Source: a virus
Lineage: Duplodnaviria; Caudoviricetes
DNA: 53,215 nucleotides
Reading direction: 5' to 3' (one strand)
Virus record (IMG/VR): IMGVR_UViG_3300025769_000159
Span: 1-53,215 of that record
Notes under the pieces: model-generated
What the model was told of the DNA's origin: nothing
Databases searched by the model: none
Seen by the model: the letters and a program-made list of their open reading frames with translations, nothing else
Shown: positions 36,112-45,812 of the stretch, one piece after another
Layout of the letters: every line of letters begins with the position of its first letter
Position numbering within the stretch: position 1 is the stretch's first letter
Position numbers and translations under genes: made by a program

Positions 36112-37593
36112 ATGAATTTGGATAAAGTAGACATAAGTAAATTACCTTCTGATGTAAGGAGACAGTTCTTGCAGCTAAAAGTAATGCACGCTGAAAAAAA
36201 GATACAGAATAAGGCTAAGGATGACTTCTTATCTTTTGTAAAATGCGTGTGGCCTGATTTCGTAGAAGGTTCTCACCACAGACATATTTCTGACAAATTT
36301 AATAAATTAGCAAACGGCGAAATAAATCGTTTGATAATCAACATGCCACCTAGACATACCAAGTCGGAGTTTGCCTCATACTTACTTCCTGCTTGGATGG
36401 TGGGCCGTACCCCTAAGTTAAAAATAATCCAAGCAACCCACACGGGTGAACTAGCAATAAGGTTTGGTCGTAAAGCAAAAAATTTAATTGACAGTGAAGA
36501 CTACACAAAAATTTTTGAAACAAGATTACAAGAAGACAGCAAAGCCGCTGGTAGGTGGGAAACGGCACAAGGCGGAGAATACTTTGCAGCTGGAGTAGGC
36601 GGTGCTATCACTGGCCGGGGTGCCGACCTTTTAATAATTGATGATCCTCATTCAGAGCAAGATGCAATGTCCAAGACTGCATTAGAGTCAGCCTATGAAT
36701 GGTATACGTCTGGTCCACGTCAACGTCTTCAACCTGGTGGTAAGATAGTTGTGGTTATGACACGTTGGTCTACCAAAGATCTAACAGGTATGCTTGTTAA
36801 AAATCAAACAGAGGCTAAAGCTGATCAGTGGCACGTGGTCGAATTTCCAGCAATCATGGATCAAGGAACAGAAAAAGCAAAACCTGTTTGGCCACAATAT
36901 TGGAAACTAGATGAACTTGAGAAAGTACAAGCAACACTACCCGTTGCTAAATGGAATGCACAGTGGATGCAGCAACCAACTAGTGAAGAAGGTGCAATTC
37001 TTAAACGTGAGTGGTGGAGAACTTATACCAAAGATTATATCCCACAGTTATCACATGTAATACAATCTTATGATACTGCGTTTCTTAAAAAAGAAACCGC
37101 AGATTATTCAGCTATCACCACTTGGGGTGTATTTTATCCCAGTGAGGATGAAGGGGCTAACCTTATTCTTCTCGATTCTATCAAAGGCAGATACGAGTTC
37201 CCTGAGTTACGTAGGTTAGCCCTTGAACAATATGACTATTGGAAACCTGAAACAGTTATCGTTGAGGCGAAAGCGAGTGGACTACCTCTTACTTATGAGC
37301 TCAGAAAGATGGATATCCCCGTTGTCAACTTTACGCCATCCAAAGGAAATGATAAGCATGCACGTGTAAATGCGGTTGCACCTTTGTTCGAAAGTGGTAT
37401 GATATGGGCTCCTGAACAAAAATTTGCTGAGGAAGTCATTGAAGAGTGTGCTGCATTCCCATATGGCGATCATGATGACTTGGTGGATAGTACCACACAA
37501 GCAATCATGCGTTTTAGACAAGGTGGTCTAATAGATCATCCAGAAGACTATGTGGATGAAGTAAAAGAAAAACGTAAAAGGATTTATTATTAA
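36112..37593 (+). CDS. terL: Terminase large subunit
   Basis: NMPPRHTKSE, ITGRGADLLIIDDP, VMTRW, YDTA and HDDLVDS motifs. Confidence 0.96.
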   Translation: MNLDKVDISKLPSDVRRQFLQLKVMHAEKKIQNKAKDDFLSFVKCVWPDFVEGSHHRHISDKFNKLANGEINRLIINMPPRHTKSEFASYLLPAWMVGRTPKLKIIQATHTGELAIRFGRKAKNLIDSEDYTKIFETRLQEDSKAAGRWETAQGGEYFAAGVGGAITGRGADLLIIDDPHSEQDAMSKTALESAYEWYTSGPRQRLQPGGKIVVVMTRWSTKDLTGMLVKNQTEAKADQWHVVEFPAIMDQGTEKAKPVWPQYWKLDELEKVQATLPVAKWNAQWMQQPTSEEGAILKREWWRTYTKDYIPQLSHVIQSYDTAFLKKETADYSAITTWGVFYPSEDEGANLILLDSIKGRYEFPELRRLALEQYDYWKPETVIVEAKASGLPLTYELRKMDIPVVNFTPSKGNDKHARVNAVAPLFESGMIWAPEQKFAEEVIEECAAFPYGDHDDLVDSTTQAIMRFRQGGLIDHPEDYVDEVKEKRKRIYY

Positions 37594-38567
37594 TGTCTTC
37601 ACTATCTGATGAATATATCAAAAACTTTTCTGATGAAAGAAAAGGAATCTTTAACAAAAGATTTAGTGATGACTATGATCCAAATGAATCAGAAGAAATA
37701 AATATTATAAGAATTTTGAATGAGATGAGAGAACTTGGCCTAGCAGACGGTGGACGTATTGGTCTAGGTTATCTTTTCAGTAAAGGAGGTCGTGTTGCAT
37801 ATCAAGATGGCACACCAGAAAGAAAAAACTATGAGACTCCAGTCACTGATGTAATTAAATCTGTAAATGAAACATCTAAAGATTATATAATGGATGGTAT
37901 GGAAGCATTCGATAAGTATACAGGAGTAGATCAAATAACTTCTTCTAATTTTCCAGGATCCTTTGACGATCCATCAGGAATTCCTTCAGATTTTAGACAT
38001 CAAGCTGCAGCAAATGCTTTAGCTAAAAGTTTAGGAAAAGGCCAGTATACAGATCCTATAATGGGACCTATTAGTTATTTATCGGGCGCTTTAGGTTCTT
38101 CGGGATTAGGAGCAATAAAAGAAATCGGTGATCTTGCAGTTGGGCTGTATGATGATCCAAAAAATTATAAAGATGTTTTTGGTGAATTTGTAAGAGACAA
38201 TCTTAGTAACATTAAAGGAGCATTTGCAAAAGACAAAACTAGTGAAGAGTTATATGCTGAAATAATGAAAGATTATGTACCAATGAATCGTTTTGATATG
38301 ATGCCTATATCATCAAGACAAATGTTTCTAAAACAAAAACAACTTGAAGATGCAAAGAAAAAACAAAAAGATACAATTACTCCTATTAAAAAACCAACTA
38401 GAACTGTAACAGGAACCACGAAACCTGGAACAGGAGGAGGTGGTTTTGATACATCAGCTGCTGATAAAGCAGGAACATCTTTAGGAAGTGGTCAATTTTC
38501 ACCAAAGACAAGTAGAGGAAGATCGGGTTATACTTTAGGTGGACTAGCCAGAATGTTAGGCGAATAA
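37593..38567 (+). CDS. Hypothetical putative virion cargo protein with x-x-GG motifs
   Basis: LADGGRIG, FSKGGRVAYQDG and YTLGGLARMLGE; lies between terL and portal. Confidence 0.6.
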   Translation: MSSLSDEYIKNFSDERKGIFNKRFSDDYDPNESEEINIIRILNEMRELGLADGGRIGLGYLFSKGGRVAYQDGTPERKNYETPVTDVIKSVNETSKDYIMDGMEAFDKYTGVDQITSSNFPGSFDDPSGIPSDFRHQAAANALAKSLGKGQYTDPIMGPISYLSGALGSSGLGAIKEIGDLAVGLYDDPKNYKDVFGEFVRDNLSNIKGAFAKDKTSEELYAEIMKDYVPMNRFDMMPISSRQMFLKQKQLEDAKKKQKDTITPIKKPTRTVTGTTKPGTGGGGFDTSAADKAGTSLGSGQFSPKTSRGRSGYTLGGLARMLGE

Positions 38568-38749
38568 TGAAAAAGTTAACAACTACAATACCACCATTAC
38601 GTGGACCTAACCCACAAGGGTTGAATATTACTTATAATACTGTTAAGACAATAAAACTGGAGAAATTAAATGGCAGAAATGGACAAAGGTCTTCCGAACA
38701 CTCGGACGAAACTAGAAGTTCCTTCGCAAGAGGAAATAGAAGAAGTTAG
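38567..38749 (+). CDS. Small hypothetical protein (LTTTIPPLRGPNPQGL)
   Basis: TAATG coupling; overlaps the portal start. Confidence 0.5.
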   Translation: MKKLTTTIPPLRGPNPQGLNITYNTVKTIKLEKLNGRNGQRSSEHSDETRSSFARGNRRS

Positions 38750-41117
38750 CGTTCAAGAACCAGAAGATAGTAAAGGACCGATAGAAGTTATACCCGAAGA
38801 AGATGGTGGTGTAACATTAGACTTTGAACCGGGTGCAATCAATGTACCAGGAACCGAGAATCATTTTGATAATTTAGCAGACATTTTACCAGATGATATT
38901 TTAAATCCAATTGGATCTGAAATGGTTAGTAACTATTTAGATTATAAATCTTCTAGAAAAGATTGGGAACAATCTTACACACAAGGTTTAGATCTATTAG
39001 GTTTTAAATATGAGAATAGAACGGAACCGTTTCAAGGAGCTAGTGGTGCAACTCACCCAGTTCTTGCAGAAGCAGTTACACAGTTTCAAGCACAAGCTTA
39101 CAAAGAATTATTACCAAGTGATGGCCCTGTAAGAACACAGATCATAGGAGTTAAAAACCAACAAACAGAATCACAATCACAACGTGTTAAAGATTACATG
39201 AATTATTTAATCATGGATCAGATGAAAGAATACGAAGAAGAGTTTGATGCAATGTTATTTCATTTACCACTTGCTGGTTCTACGTTTAAAAAAATTTACT
39301 ATGATGTACCGTTAGGTAGAGTAGTTTCAAAATTTGTACCAGCTGATGAATTAGTAGTACCATACACTGCAACTTCAATTGATGATGCAGAAGCAGTTAT
39401 ACATGTTGTTAAAATGTCAGAGAATGAATTGAGAAAACAACAAGTAAATGGTTTTTATGTGGATGTAGATCTTGCACCACCAAGTAATGTTGAACAAAAC
39501 TCAGTTGAGAAAAAAGAAAAAGAATTAGATGGGACTAAGAAAACTGGTAAACAAGAAACGATATATACTTTACTTGAGTGTCATGTAAACTTAGACTTAG
39601 AAGGTTTTGAAGATCAAGGACAAGAAGGACCCACAGGAATTAAATTACCATACATTGTAACTGTTGAAGAAGGTAGTAGAACAGTTCTTGCAATAAGAAG
39701 AAATTATGCGCCCACAGATCTAAAGAAAAATAAAATCCAATATTTTGTTCATTTTAAGTTTCTTCCCGGTTTAGGATTTTATGGCTTTGGGTTAATTCAT
39801 ATGATTGGCGGATTAAGTAGAACTGCAACTTCTGCTCTCCGTCAATTATTAGATGCGGGTACATTATCAAACCTACCAGCAGGATTTAAACAACGTGGAG
39901 TTAGAGTCAGAGATGAAGCCTCACCAATTCAACCAGGTGAATTTAAAGATGTAGATGCACCAGGTGGTAATTTAAGAGATGCATTTTTCCCTTTACCATA
40001 CAAAGAACCATCACAAACATTGTTACAATTAATGGGTGTTGTAGTTCAAGCTGGTCAAAGGTTCGCTGCTATTGCTGATATGCAAGTGGGCGATGGTAAT
40101 CAAGCAGCGGCTGTTGGAACTACAGTTGCGTTATTGGAACGTGGTTCAAGGGTCATGAGTGCTATTCATAAAAGATGTTACGCAGCCATGAAAGATGAAT
40201 TTAAATTATTGGCTAAAGTTGTTTCACAATATCTACCGCCAGAATATCCATACGACGTTGTCGGTGGAGCACGGAACATTAAACAAGCTGACTTTGATGA
40301 TAGAATAGATGTAGTACCCGTTGCAGATCCTAATATATTTTCTATGTCTCAGAGAATTAGTTTAGCACAAACACAGTTACAACTTGCAACAAGTAATCCA
40401 CAGATACACAATCTATATCAAGTATATCGAAATATGTATGAAGCAATTGGTGTTAAAAATGTAGACGCAGTTCTACCACCACCAGCTCCAAACGCTCCTA
40501 TGGATCCAAGTATGGAACACATTAATGCTTTAAATGGCAAACCTTTCCAAGCGTTTCCAGGTCAAGATCATAGAGCTCATATAACTGCACACTTAAATTT
40601 CATGTCAACCAACATGGTTAGAAATAATCCTGCATTTATGGCTGCTATACAAAAAAATATATTAGAGCACATAAGTCTAATGGCACAAGAACAAGTACAA
40701 TTAGAGTTCAGAGAGCAAATGCAAGAGATGATGTTGATGCAACAACAAGCAGCAATGAATCCAATGGTACAACAACAGTTACAAATGCTAACAAATCAAA
40801 TTGAAGCTAGAAAATCTGTGTTAATTGCAGAGATGACTGAAGAATTTATGAAGGAAGAAAAGAAGATTACCTCTCAATTCGACAATGATCCATTATTAAA
40901 ACTAAAATCTAGAGAAGTTGACTTACGTGCAATGGAAAATGAACGTAAAAAAGACTATGACAAATCTCAAAACGATATTGCAAAGGCAAGATTAATGCAA
41001 TCAGGTGAAAATTTTGATGAAAAATTAGAACAGAATGAAGATTTGGCTAAGTTAAGAGCTGGAGTTAGCCTTGCAAAGAGCGGTGTACAACAAGCTAAAG
41101 TTATGATAGATGATTAA
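38670..41117 (+). CDS. Portal protein
   Basis: 815 aa after terL; HPVLAEAVTQFQA, FLPGLGFYG and QLLDAGTL motifs; Q-rich barrel-like C-terminus. Confidence 0.9.
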   Translation: MAEMDKGLPNTRTKLEVPSQEEIEEVSVQEPEDSKGPIEVIPEEDGGVTLDFEPGAINVPGTENHFDNLADILPDDILNPIGSEMVSNYLDYKSSRKDWEQSYTQGLDLLGFKYENRTEPFQGASGATHPVLAEAVTQFQAQAYKELLPSDGPVRTQIIGVKNQQTESQSQRVKDYMNYLIMDQMKEYEEEFDAMLFHLPLAGSTFKKIYYDVPLGRVVSKFVPADELVVPYTATSIDDAEAVIHVVKMSENELRKQQVNGFYVDVDLAPPSNVEQNSVEKKEKELDGTKKTGKQETIYTLLECHVNLDLEGFEDQGQEGPTGIKLPYIVTVEEGSRTVLAIRRNYAPTDLKKNKIQYFVHFKFLPGLGFYGFGLIHMIGGLSRTATSALRQLLDAGTLSNLPAGFKQRGVRVRDEASPIQPGEFKDVDAPGGNLRDAFFPLPYKEPSQTLLQLMGVVVQAGQRFAAIADMQVGDGNQAAAVGTTVALLERGSRVMSAIHKRCYAAMKDEFKLLAKVVSQYLPPEYPYDVVGGARNIKQADFDDRIDVVPVADPNIFSMSQRISLAQTQLQLATSNPQIHNLYQVYRNMYEAIGVKNVDAVLPPPAPNAPMDPSMEHINALNGKPFQAFPGQDHRAHITAHLNFMSTNMVRNNPAFMAAIQKNILEHISLMAQEQVQLEFREQMQEMMLMQQQAAMNPMVQQQLQMLTNQIEARKSVLIAEMTEEFMKEEKKITSQFDNDPLLKLKSREVDLRAMENERKKDYDKSQNDIAKARLMQSGENFDEKLEQNEDLAKLRAGVSLAKSGVQQAKVMIDD

Positions 41118-41141
41118 TAAAAAAACAAGGAGCAAAAAACT

Positions 41142-41321
41142 ATGATGAACTATAAAAAAGCAAAAGTTAGTTCTGTTCCAGAGCAAAGTGTTGAAATAGA
41201 TCCAAGATCTAAGACAACTGCTGATGGTGCTTTCAATTATATTGCTAAACCCGACGTGGTTAAGGTAAATGGCACTAAAAGAATGCTTGCTGGAAAAAGA
41301 AAAACTGCAATAGTAGTATAA
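41142..41321 (+). CDS. Small basic protein (59 aa)
   Basis: Read by hand; AAGGAG RBS. Confidence 0.6.
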   Translation: MMNYKKAKVSSVPEQSVEIDPRSKTTADGAFNYIAKPDVVKVNGTKRMLAGKRKTAIVV

Positions 41322-41323
41322 TT

Positions 41324-41710
41324 ATGTGGTTTCAGGCGATTAAACTAGCCGTTTCTGCTGGAAGTAAGATTTATGCTAACAAGCAGAAGACTAAAATGGC
41401 AATGTCGGATGCACAACTGATGCATGCGTCTCGTATGGCCGAAGGTAAGGAAGCTTACCAAGGAAAACTACTTGAGGCCAGACAATCGGACTGGAAAGAC
41501 GAGGCAGTTTTGATAATTTTAAGTTTGCCCGTGGTAATTTTGGCTTGGGCAGTCGTATCGGATGATCCAACCGCTATGGACAAGGTAAAATTGTTCTTCG
41601 AGATGTTCTCAGAGCTCCCGAAATGGTTTACAAATTTATGGATCCTTGTCGTGGCGAGCATTTATGGTATAAAGGGTACACAGATTTTTAAAAACGGAGG
41701 CAAAAAATAA
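41324..41710 (+). CDS. Membrane protein, 3TM-holin-like
   Basis: SDWKDE + TM + LPKW + TM pattern. Confidence 0.55.
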   Translation: MWFQAIKLAVSAGSKIYANKQKTKMAMSDAQLMHASRMAEGKEAYQGKLLEARQSDWKDEAVLIILSLPVVILAWAVVSDDPTAMDKVKLFFEMFSELPKWFTNLWILVVASIYGIKGTQIFKNGGKK

Positions 41711-42231
41711 TGGCTAACAAATATTACAGACAAAATTTAAGAAATGGAACTAATCCATCTAAAAGAAAATCCAACATTGCAAAAATAATGGAAACTTTTG
41801 GACCTAAGAAAAAAGTTAAAAAAGAAAAACCTAAAAAGAGAATGTTTGCTAACAAAGGTGGTGGAGCAGACAGTGGTAGAATGGGTGAGATCAAAAGTAA
41901 AGTTACACTTGCAGCAGATCGAATTAGAAAATTAAATAATGATATGGGCATATCAAAAGGAGGTTTAACTAAAGAACAAATTGAAAGATTAAAAGAAATC
42001 ATGAAAAAAAGAAGAGGGGAAAAAGAAATGACTCCTTTAGATACAGGTAGATTTTCCGAAAAAGATATTTCGATGGCAAAAAAATTAGTAAACATGAAAA
42101 AAGGTGGTAGAGCTGCTCTTAAAAAAGGTTCCAAGTTCCCTGATCATTCTGGTGATGGTAAGATTACTCAAAAAGATATTTTAATGGCAAAAGGTGTAAT
42201 ACCTAAAAAGAAAAATAAAAAGGTAATCTAA
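41710..42231 (+). CDS. Basic putative internal head protein with an EF-hand-like loop
   Basis: K-rich; KKGG motifs; DHSGDGKITQKD. Confidence 0.55.
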   Translation: MANKYYRQNLRNGTNPSKRKSNIAKIMETFGPKKKVKKEKPKKRMFANKGGGADSGRMGEIKSKVTLAADRIRKLNNDMGISKGGLTKEQIERLKEIMKKRRGEKEMTPLDTGRFSEKDISMAKKLVNMKKGGRAALKKGSKFPDHSGDGKITQKDILMAKGVIPKKKNKKVI

Positions 42232-42479
42232 TGGCAAAACTATGTCCTAGAGGTAAAGCAGCAGCAAAGCGTAAATTTAAAGTGTACCCTTCGGCGTACG
42301 CAAACATGTACGCATCAGCTGTATGTTCAGGCAAAGTTACACCAGGTGGCAAGAAGAAAAGAAAAAAAGCTATGGGTGGTGGAATGATGATGGATACACC
42401 TCGTATTACTTACGGAAGTGGTGGAATGTGTAAATTAGCTACAAAAGGTAAAGGAAAAGCTTACGGAAAGAATTCGTAA
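42231..42479 (+). CDS. Small basic protein (YPSAYAN motif)
   Basis: 82 aa, translationally coupled. Confidence 0.65.
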   Translation: MAKLCPRGKAAAKRKFKVYPSAYANMYASAVCSGKVTPGGKKKRKKAMGGGMMMDTPRITYGSGGMCKLATKGKGKAYGKNS

Positions 42480-42733
42480 TGCGTACACACTTTTCAAAAG
42501 GTGGTTTAAGACAATGGGTAGCGGAAAAATGGGTAGACATTGGAGCACCGAAGAAGAACGGAAAGTATCAGCCGTGCGGGAGAAGCAAAGGCTCGAAACG
42601 GAAATATCCAAAATGCGTCCCACTTGCAAAAGCCACACGGATGACAAAAGGGCAAAAGGCGAGTGCTGTCAAACGAAAACGATCAGCAGGTAATCCCGGT
42701 GGTAAACCAACCAACGTAAAAACATTTGTATAA
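42479..42733 (+). CDS. Small basic protein (GLRQW..EKWVD, YPKCVP)
   Basis: 84 aa, translationally coupled. Confidence 0.65.
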   Translation: MRTHFSKGGLRQWVAEKWVDIGAPKKNGKYQPCGRSKGSKRKYPKCVPLAKATRMTKGQKASAVKRKRSAGNPGGKPTNVKTFV

Positions 42734-43026
42734 TGAGAAGAGAATATTATTCAAAAGGAACAAATCCTCCAAAAACTAAAAAGTATTTCAGATCTACAAA
42801 GTCTGGAGCAGGGATGACTAAAGCTGGGGTCGCCCGATATAGAAGAGATAATCCCGGTTCAAAACTAAAAACAGCCGTGACTGGAAAAGTGAAGCCAGGA
42901 TCAAAAGCTGCAAACCGACGTAAGTCGTACTGTGCAAGAAGTGCAGGTCAAATGAAAAAATTTCCAAAAGCTGCAGCTGATCCTAATTCACGAATAAGGC
43001 AGGCTCGTAGAAGATGGAAATGTTAA
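42733..43026 (+). CDS. Small basic protein (RRKSYCARS...WKC)
   Basis: 97 aa, translationally coupled. Confidence 0.65.
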   Translation: MRREYYSKGTNPPKTKKYFRSTKSGAGMTKAGVARYRRDNPGSKLKTAVTGKVKPGSKAANRRKSYCARSAGQMKKFPKAAADPNSRIRQARRRWKC

Positions 43027-43254
43027 ATGCAATTAGAAAACGTATTAAGAAAACTAATCAATTTTATAAATACTAGAATAGAAGCACTATCCATAACAGT
43101 AACATCAGGAGGTGTTGACAATATGGAAAAGTATCAGTATATAATAGGACAGATAAACGCCCTAGAGGCAACCAAACAGGAAATCTCTAACCTGCTAAAC
43201 GATAAGGAGCAAAATGAAAAAGGAACAGTCATCAATCTTAACACCAAACAATGA
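43027..43254 (+). CDS. Hypothetical protein preceding GroES
   Basis: GGVDNMEKYQYIIG; contains an internal TTGACA...TATAAT. Confidence 0.65.
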   Translation: MQLENVLRKLINFINTRIEALSITVTSGGVDNMEKYQYIIGQINALEATKQEISNLLNDKEQNEKGTVINLNTKQ

Positions 43255-43624
43255 TCTTATTGGTGTAAAGAAATCAGAGAAAAAAGAAGAACCAAAATTA
43301 CCAAAACCGACAGGTTGGAGAATGATAGTTTTACCTTTTAAAATGAAAGATAAAACTAAAGGTGGATTAGTATTAGCTGAAACAACTTTAGAAAGGCAAC
43401 AAGTTGCATCTCAAGTTGGTTTAGTTTTAGCTATGGGTCCAGATTGTTATAAGGATAAGGAGAGATATCCTAAAGGTCCATGGTGCAAGGTCAATGATTG
43501 GGTAATGTTTGCGCGTTACGCTGGATCACGGATCAAGATAGATGGTGGGGAAATGCGTCTGCTAAACGACGATGAAGTGTTAGCAACAATAGATAGTCCA
43601 GAAGACATATTGCATGAGTTTTAA
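43214..43624 (+). CDS. groES: Co-chaperonin GroES
   Basis: PTGWR..V.P, KTKGGLVL, MGP, FARYAG and LLNDDEVLA motifs. Confidence 0.9.
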   Translation: MKKEQSSILTPNNDLIGVKKSEKKEEPKLPKPTGWRMIVLPFKMKDKTKGGLVLAETTLERQQVASQVGLVLAMGPDCYKDKERYPKGPWCKVNDWVMFARYAGSRIKIDGGEMRLLNDDEVLATIDSPEDILHEF

Positions 43625-43643
43625 TCATAGGAAGGAGTAAACT

Positions 43644-44597
43644 ATGCCAGACGAAGAAAAAAAGACAGTACCCATCGATACATCAGGATCTGATGTTACG
43701 GTAGATATTGAAGAAGCAAAAGAAGAAGCTGTAATTGAACAGCCAGAAGAAAACAAGGAACAAGAAACAGACAAATCATTTGAAAATGAAAGAGAAACAA
43801 AGTTAGATGAAAAAAAATCTGACGGTGAACTAGAAGACTACAGCAAAGGTGTACAAGCGAGAATAGGAAAACTAACTCGTAAATTAAGAGAGGCTGAAAG
43901 AAGAGAACACGCAGCTCTTGATTATGCTAAAGGTGTAGAAGAATCTAGAAAAAAATTAGAATCTAAATTTAAGAAAACAGATTCTGATTATGTTAAAAAA
44001 TTTGAGACTAGTATTCAAACAGGGTTGGAAGCTGCACAAAAAGAATTAGCTGCTGCGATCGATACTGGAGATTCTAAAGCTCAAGTTGAAGCTAATAAGA
44101 GAATTGCAACTTTAGCCTTTGAAAATGCAAAGCTTGAACAAATAAAACAAGGGCAAGAGGAGATAGTAGAAGAGGATAAACTAACAAAACCTTCTCAAGT
44201 GCAAAACGCACCTGATATTACAAAACAACCAGATAATCCTGATCCTAGAGCAGAAGCTTGGGCATCAAAAAATACTTGGTTTGGTAGTGATAGAGCGATG
44301 ACTTATACTGCATTTGAGATACATAAGGATCTTACTGAAAAAGAAGGGTTTGATCCTAGCTCTGACGAGTATTATGTGGAAGTTGATAAACGTATTAGAG
44401 TTGACTTTCCCCATAAATTTGGTAATACTGAAACAACTACGACAGCTCCCGTGCAAACGGTCGCCTCAGCACAAAGAAGCGTAAAGCCAGGTCGCAAAAC
44501 TGTGAGACTCACTTCTTCACAAGTAGCAATAGCTAAAAAATTAGGAGTGCCACTCGAAGAGTACGCAAAACAATTGAAAAACACGGAAGGAGCGTAA
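43644..44597 (+). CDS. Capsid scaffolding protein
   Basis: Acidic coiled coil; C-terminal LTSSQVAIAKKLGVPLEEYAK; upstream of the capsid genes. Confidence 0.75.
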   Translation: MPDEEKKTVPIDTSGSDVTVDIEEAKEEAVIEQPEENKEQETDKSFENERETKLDEKKSDGELEDYSKGVQARIGKLTRKLREAERREHAALDYAKGVEESRKKLESKFKKTDSDYVKKFETSIQTGLEAAQKELAAAIDTGDSKAQVEANKRIATLAFENAKLEQIKQGQEEIVEEDKLTKPSQVQNAPDITKQPDNPDPRAEAWASKNTWFGSDRAMTYTAFEIHKDLTEKEGFDPSSDEYYVEVDKRIRVDFPHKFGNTETTTTAPVQTVASAQRSVKPGRKTVRLTSSQVAIAKKLGVPLEEYAKQLKNTEGA

Positions 44598-44598
44598 A

Positions 44599-45057
44599 AT
44601 GGAAAAAGATAAAAATACTTCTCGTGCGAGCCAAACACGAACAAAGTCGGAAAGACCTAAAGTGTGGGTTCCACCATCTTCTCTAGATGCACCCCCTGCA
44701 CCTGATGGATTCAGGTATAGATGGATAAGAGCTGAAGTCGTAGGATTTCAAGATACGAAAAATATAACTGGACGTTTAAGAGAAGGTTATGAATTAGTTC
44801 GTGCCGAAGAAGTCGAAAACGCAGGCGATTATCCTGTTCTCGAAGACGGGAAATACAAGGGAGTGATTGGGGTCGGTGGCCTTCTGCTTGCGAAGGTACC
44901 TAACGAGATCGCACAACAAAGACAAGATTACATGACTGGTAGACACCAAGACCGTGATCAAGCAGTAAAAAACGATCTAATGAAGGAGCAGGATAGTAGG
45001 ATGCCTATCAATGTTGAAAGGCAATCCCGTGTAACCTTCGGTGGTACGAAAAAGTAA
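44599..45057 (+). CDS. Conserved head-module protein
   Basis: WVPPSSLDAP..PDGFRYRWIR...REGYELV. Confidence 0.7.
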   Translation: MEKDKNTSRASQTRTKSERPKVWVPPSSLDAPPAPDGFRYRWIRAEVVGFQDTKNITGRLREGYELVRAEEVENAGDYPVLEDGKYKGVIGVGGLLLAKVPNEIAQQRQDYMTGRHQDRDQAVKNDLMKEQDSRMPINVERQSRVTFGGTKK

Positions 45058-45131
45058 TTTTAAATATCATCGATTAACGTTAACCGTGCTGGAGGTCTTT
45101 TCGGAGACAGGCACATAAGGAGAAAACAACT

Positions 45132-45791
45132 ATGGCTAACACAAGTACAACTGGTTTTGGTGCTAGAATGTCTCTTGCGTTGGGGAATACACCTGCAACG
45201 TCTGGACAGTCTAAATACAAAATCAAAAGTGGCTTGGGTAAAAATATCCACAGTCATGCTCCCGTTTCTTTACAGTATTCATCTGGCGGAGATGCGAGCT
45301 ACATTCAGGATATAACTCATGCTACTATGGACGATGGTCTAACTGGTGGTGCTTCTTGGGATGCGGATGCTTCAAACGTGCAACCAATCCTAGGAGTGTT
45401 CAATGGTGCGTTCTATATTGACAACTCAACTAGCAAACCAACATTTGCTAATTTTGTAGCGTCAGGAACTACTTTTGCAACAAACAACAACACTGGTAAT
45501 AATGATGGCATTGGTTTTGTTAATGATAACCCCTTCCAAGAATACATTGTAAGAGCAGACGCAGCAGTGGCTGACTCTAACATTGCTGGAAGATGCAATC
45601 TTAACAACCACGGTTCACATAAAAACGGCACATCAATCGTAACTCTAGACATTCAAGCCGATAATGACGGTAGAGCGTTTAGAATAATCAGATCAGCAGA
45701 AGTTCCAAATCAAGAGGATCTAGCTGCAGCTGGTGCAGACATTGTCGTTGTATTCAATAACAGAGCAACTCTATGGACTAGAGACGCTTAA
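45132..45791 (+). CDS. Putative capsid decoration / minor head protein
   Basis: MANTSTTGFG start; ILGVFNG; directly upstream of the MCP. Confidence 0.6.
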   Translation: MANTSTTGFGARMSLALGNTPATSGQSKYKIKSGLGKNIHSHAPVSLQYSSGGDASYIQDITHATMDDGLTGGASWDADASNVQPILGVFNGAFYIDNSTSKPTFANFVASGTTFATNNNTGNNDGIGFVNDNPFQEYIVRADAAVADSNIAGRCNLNNHGSHKNGTSIVTLDIQADNDGRAFRIIRSAEVPNQEDLAAAGADIVVVFNNRATLWTRDA

Positions 45792-45812
45792 GCCTAGAAT
45801 AGGAGAACAATC

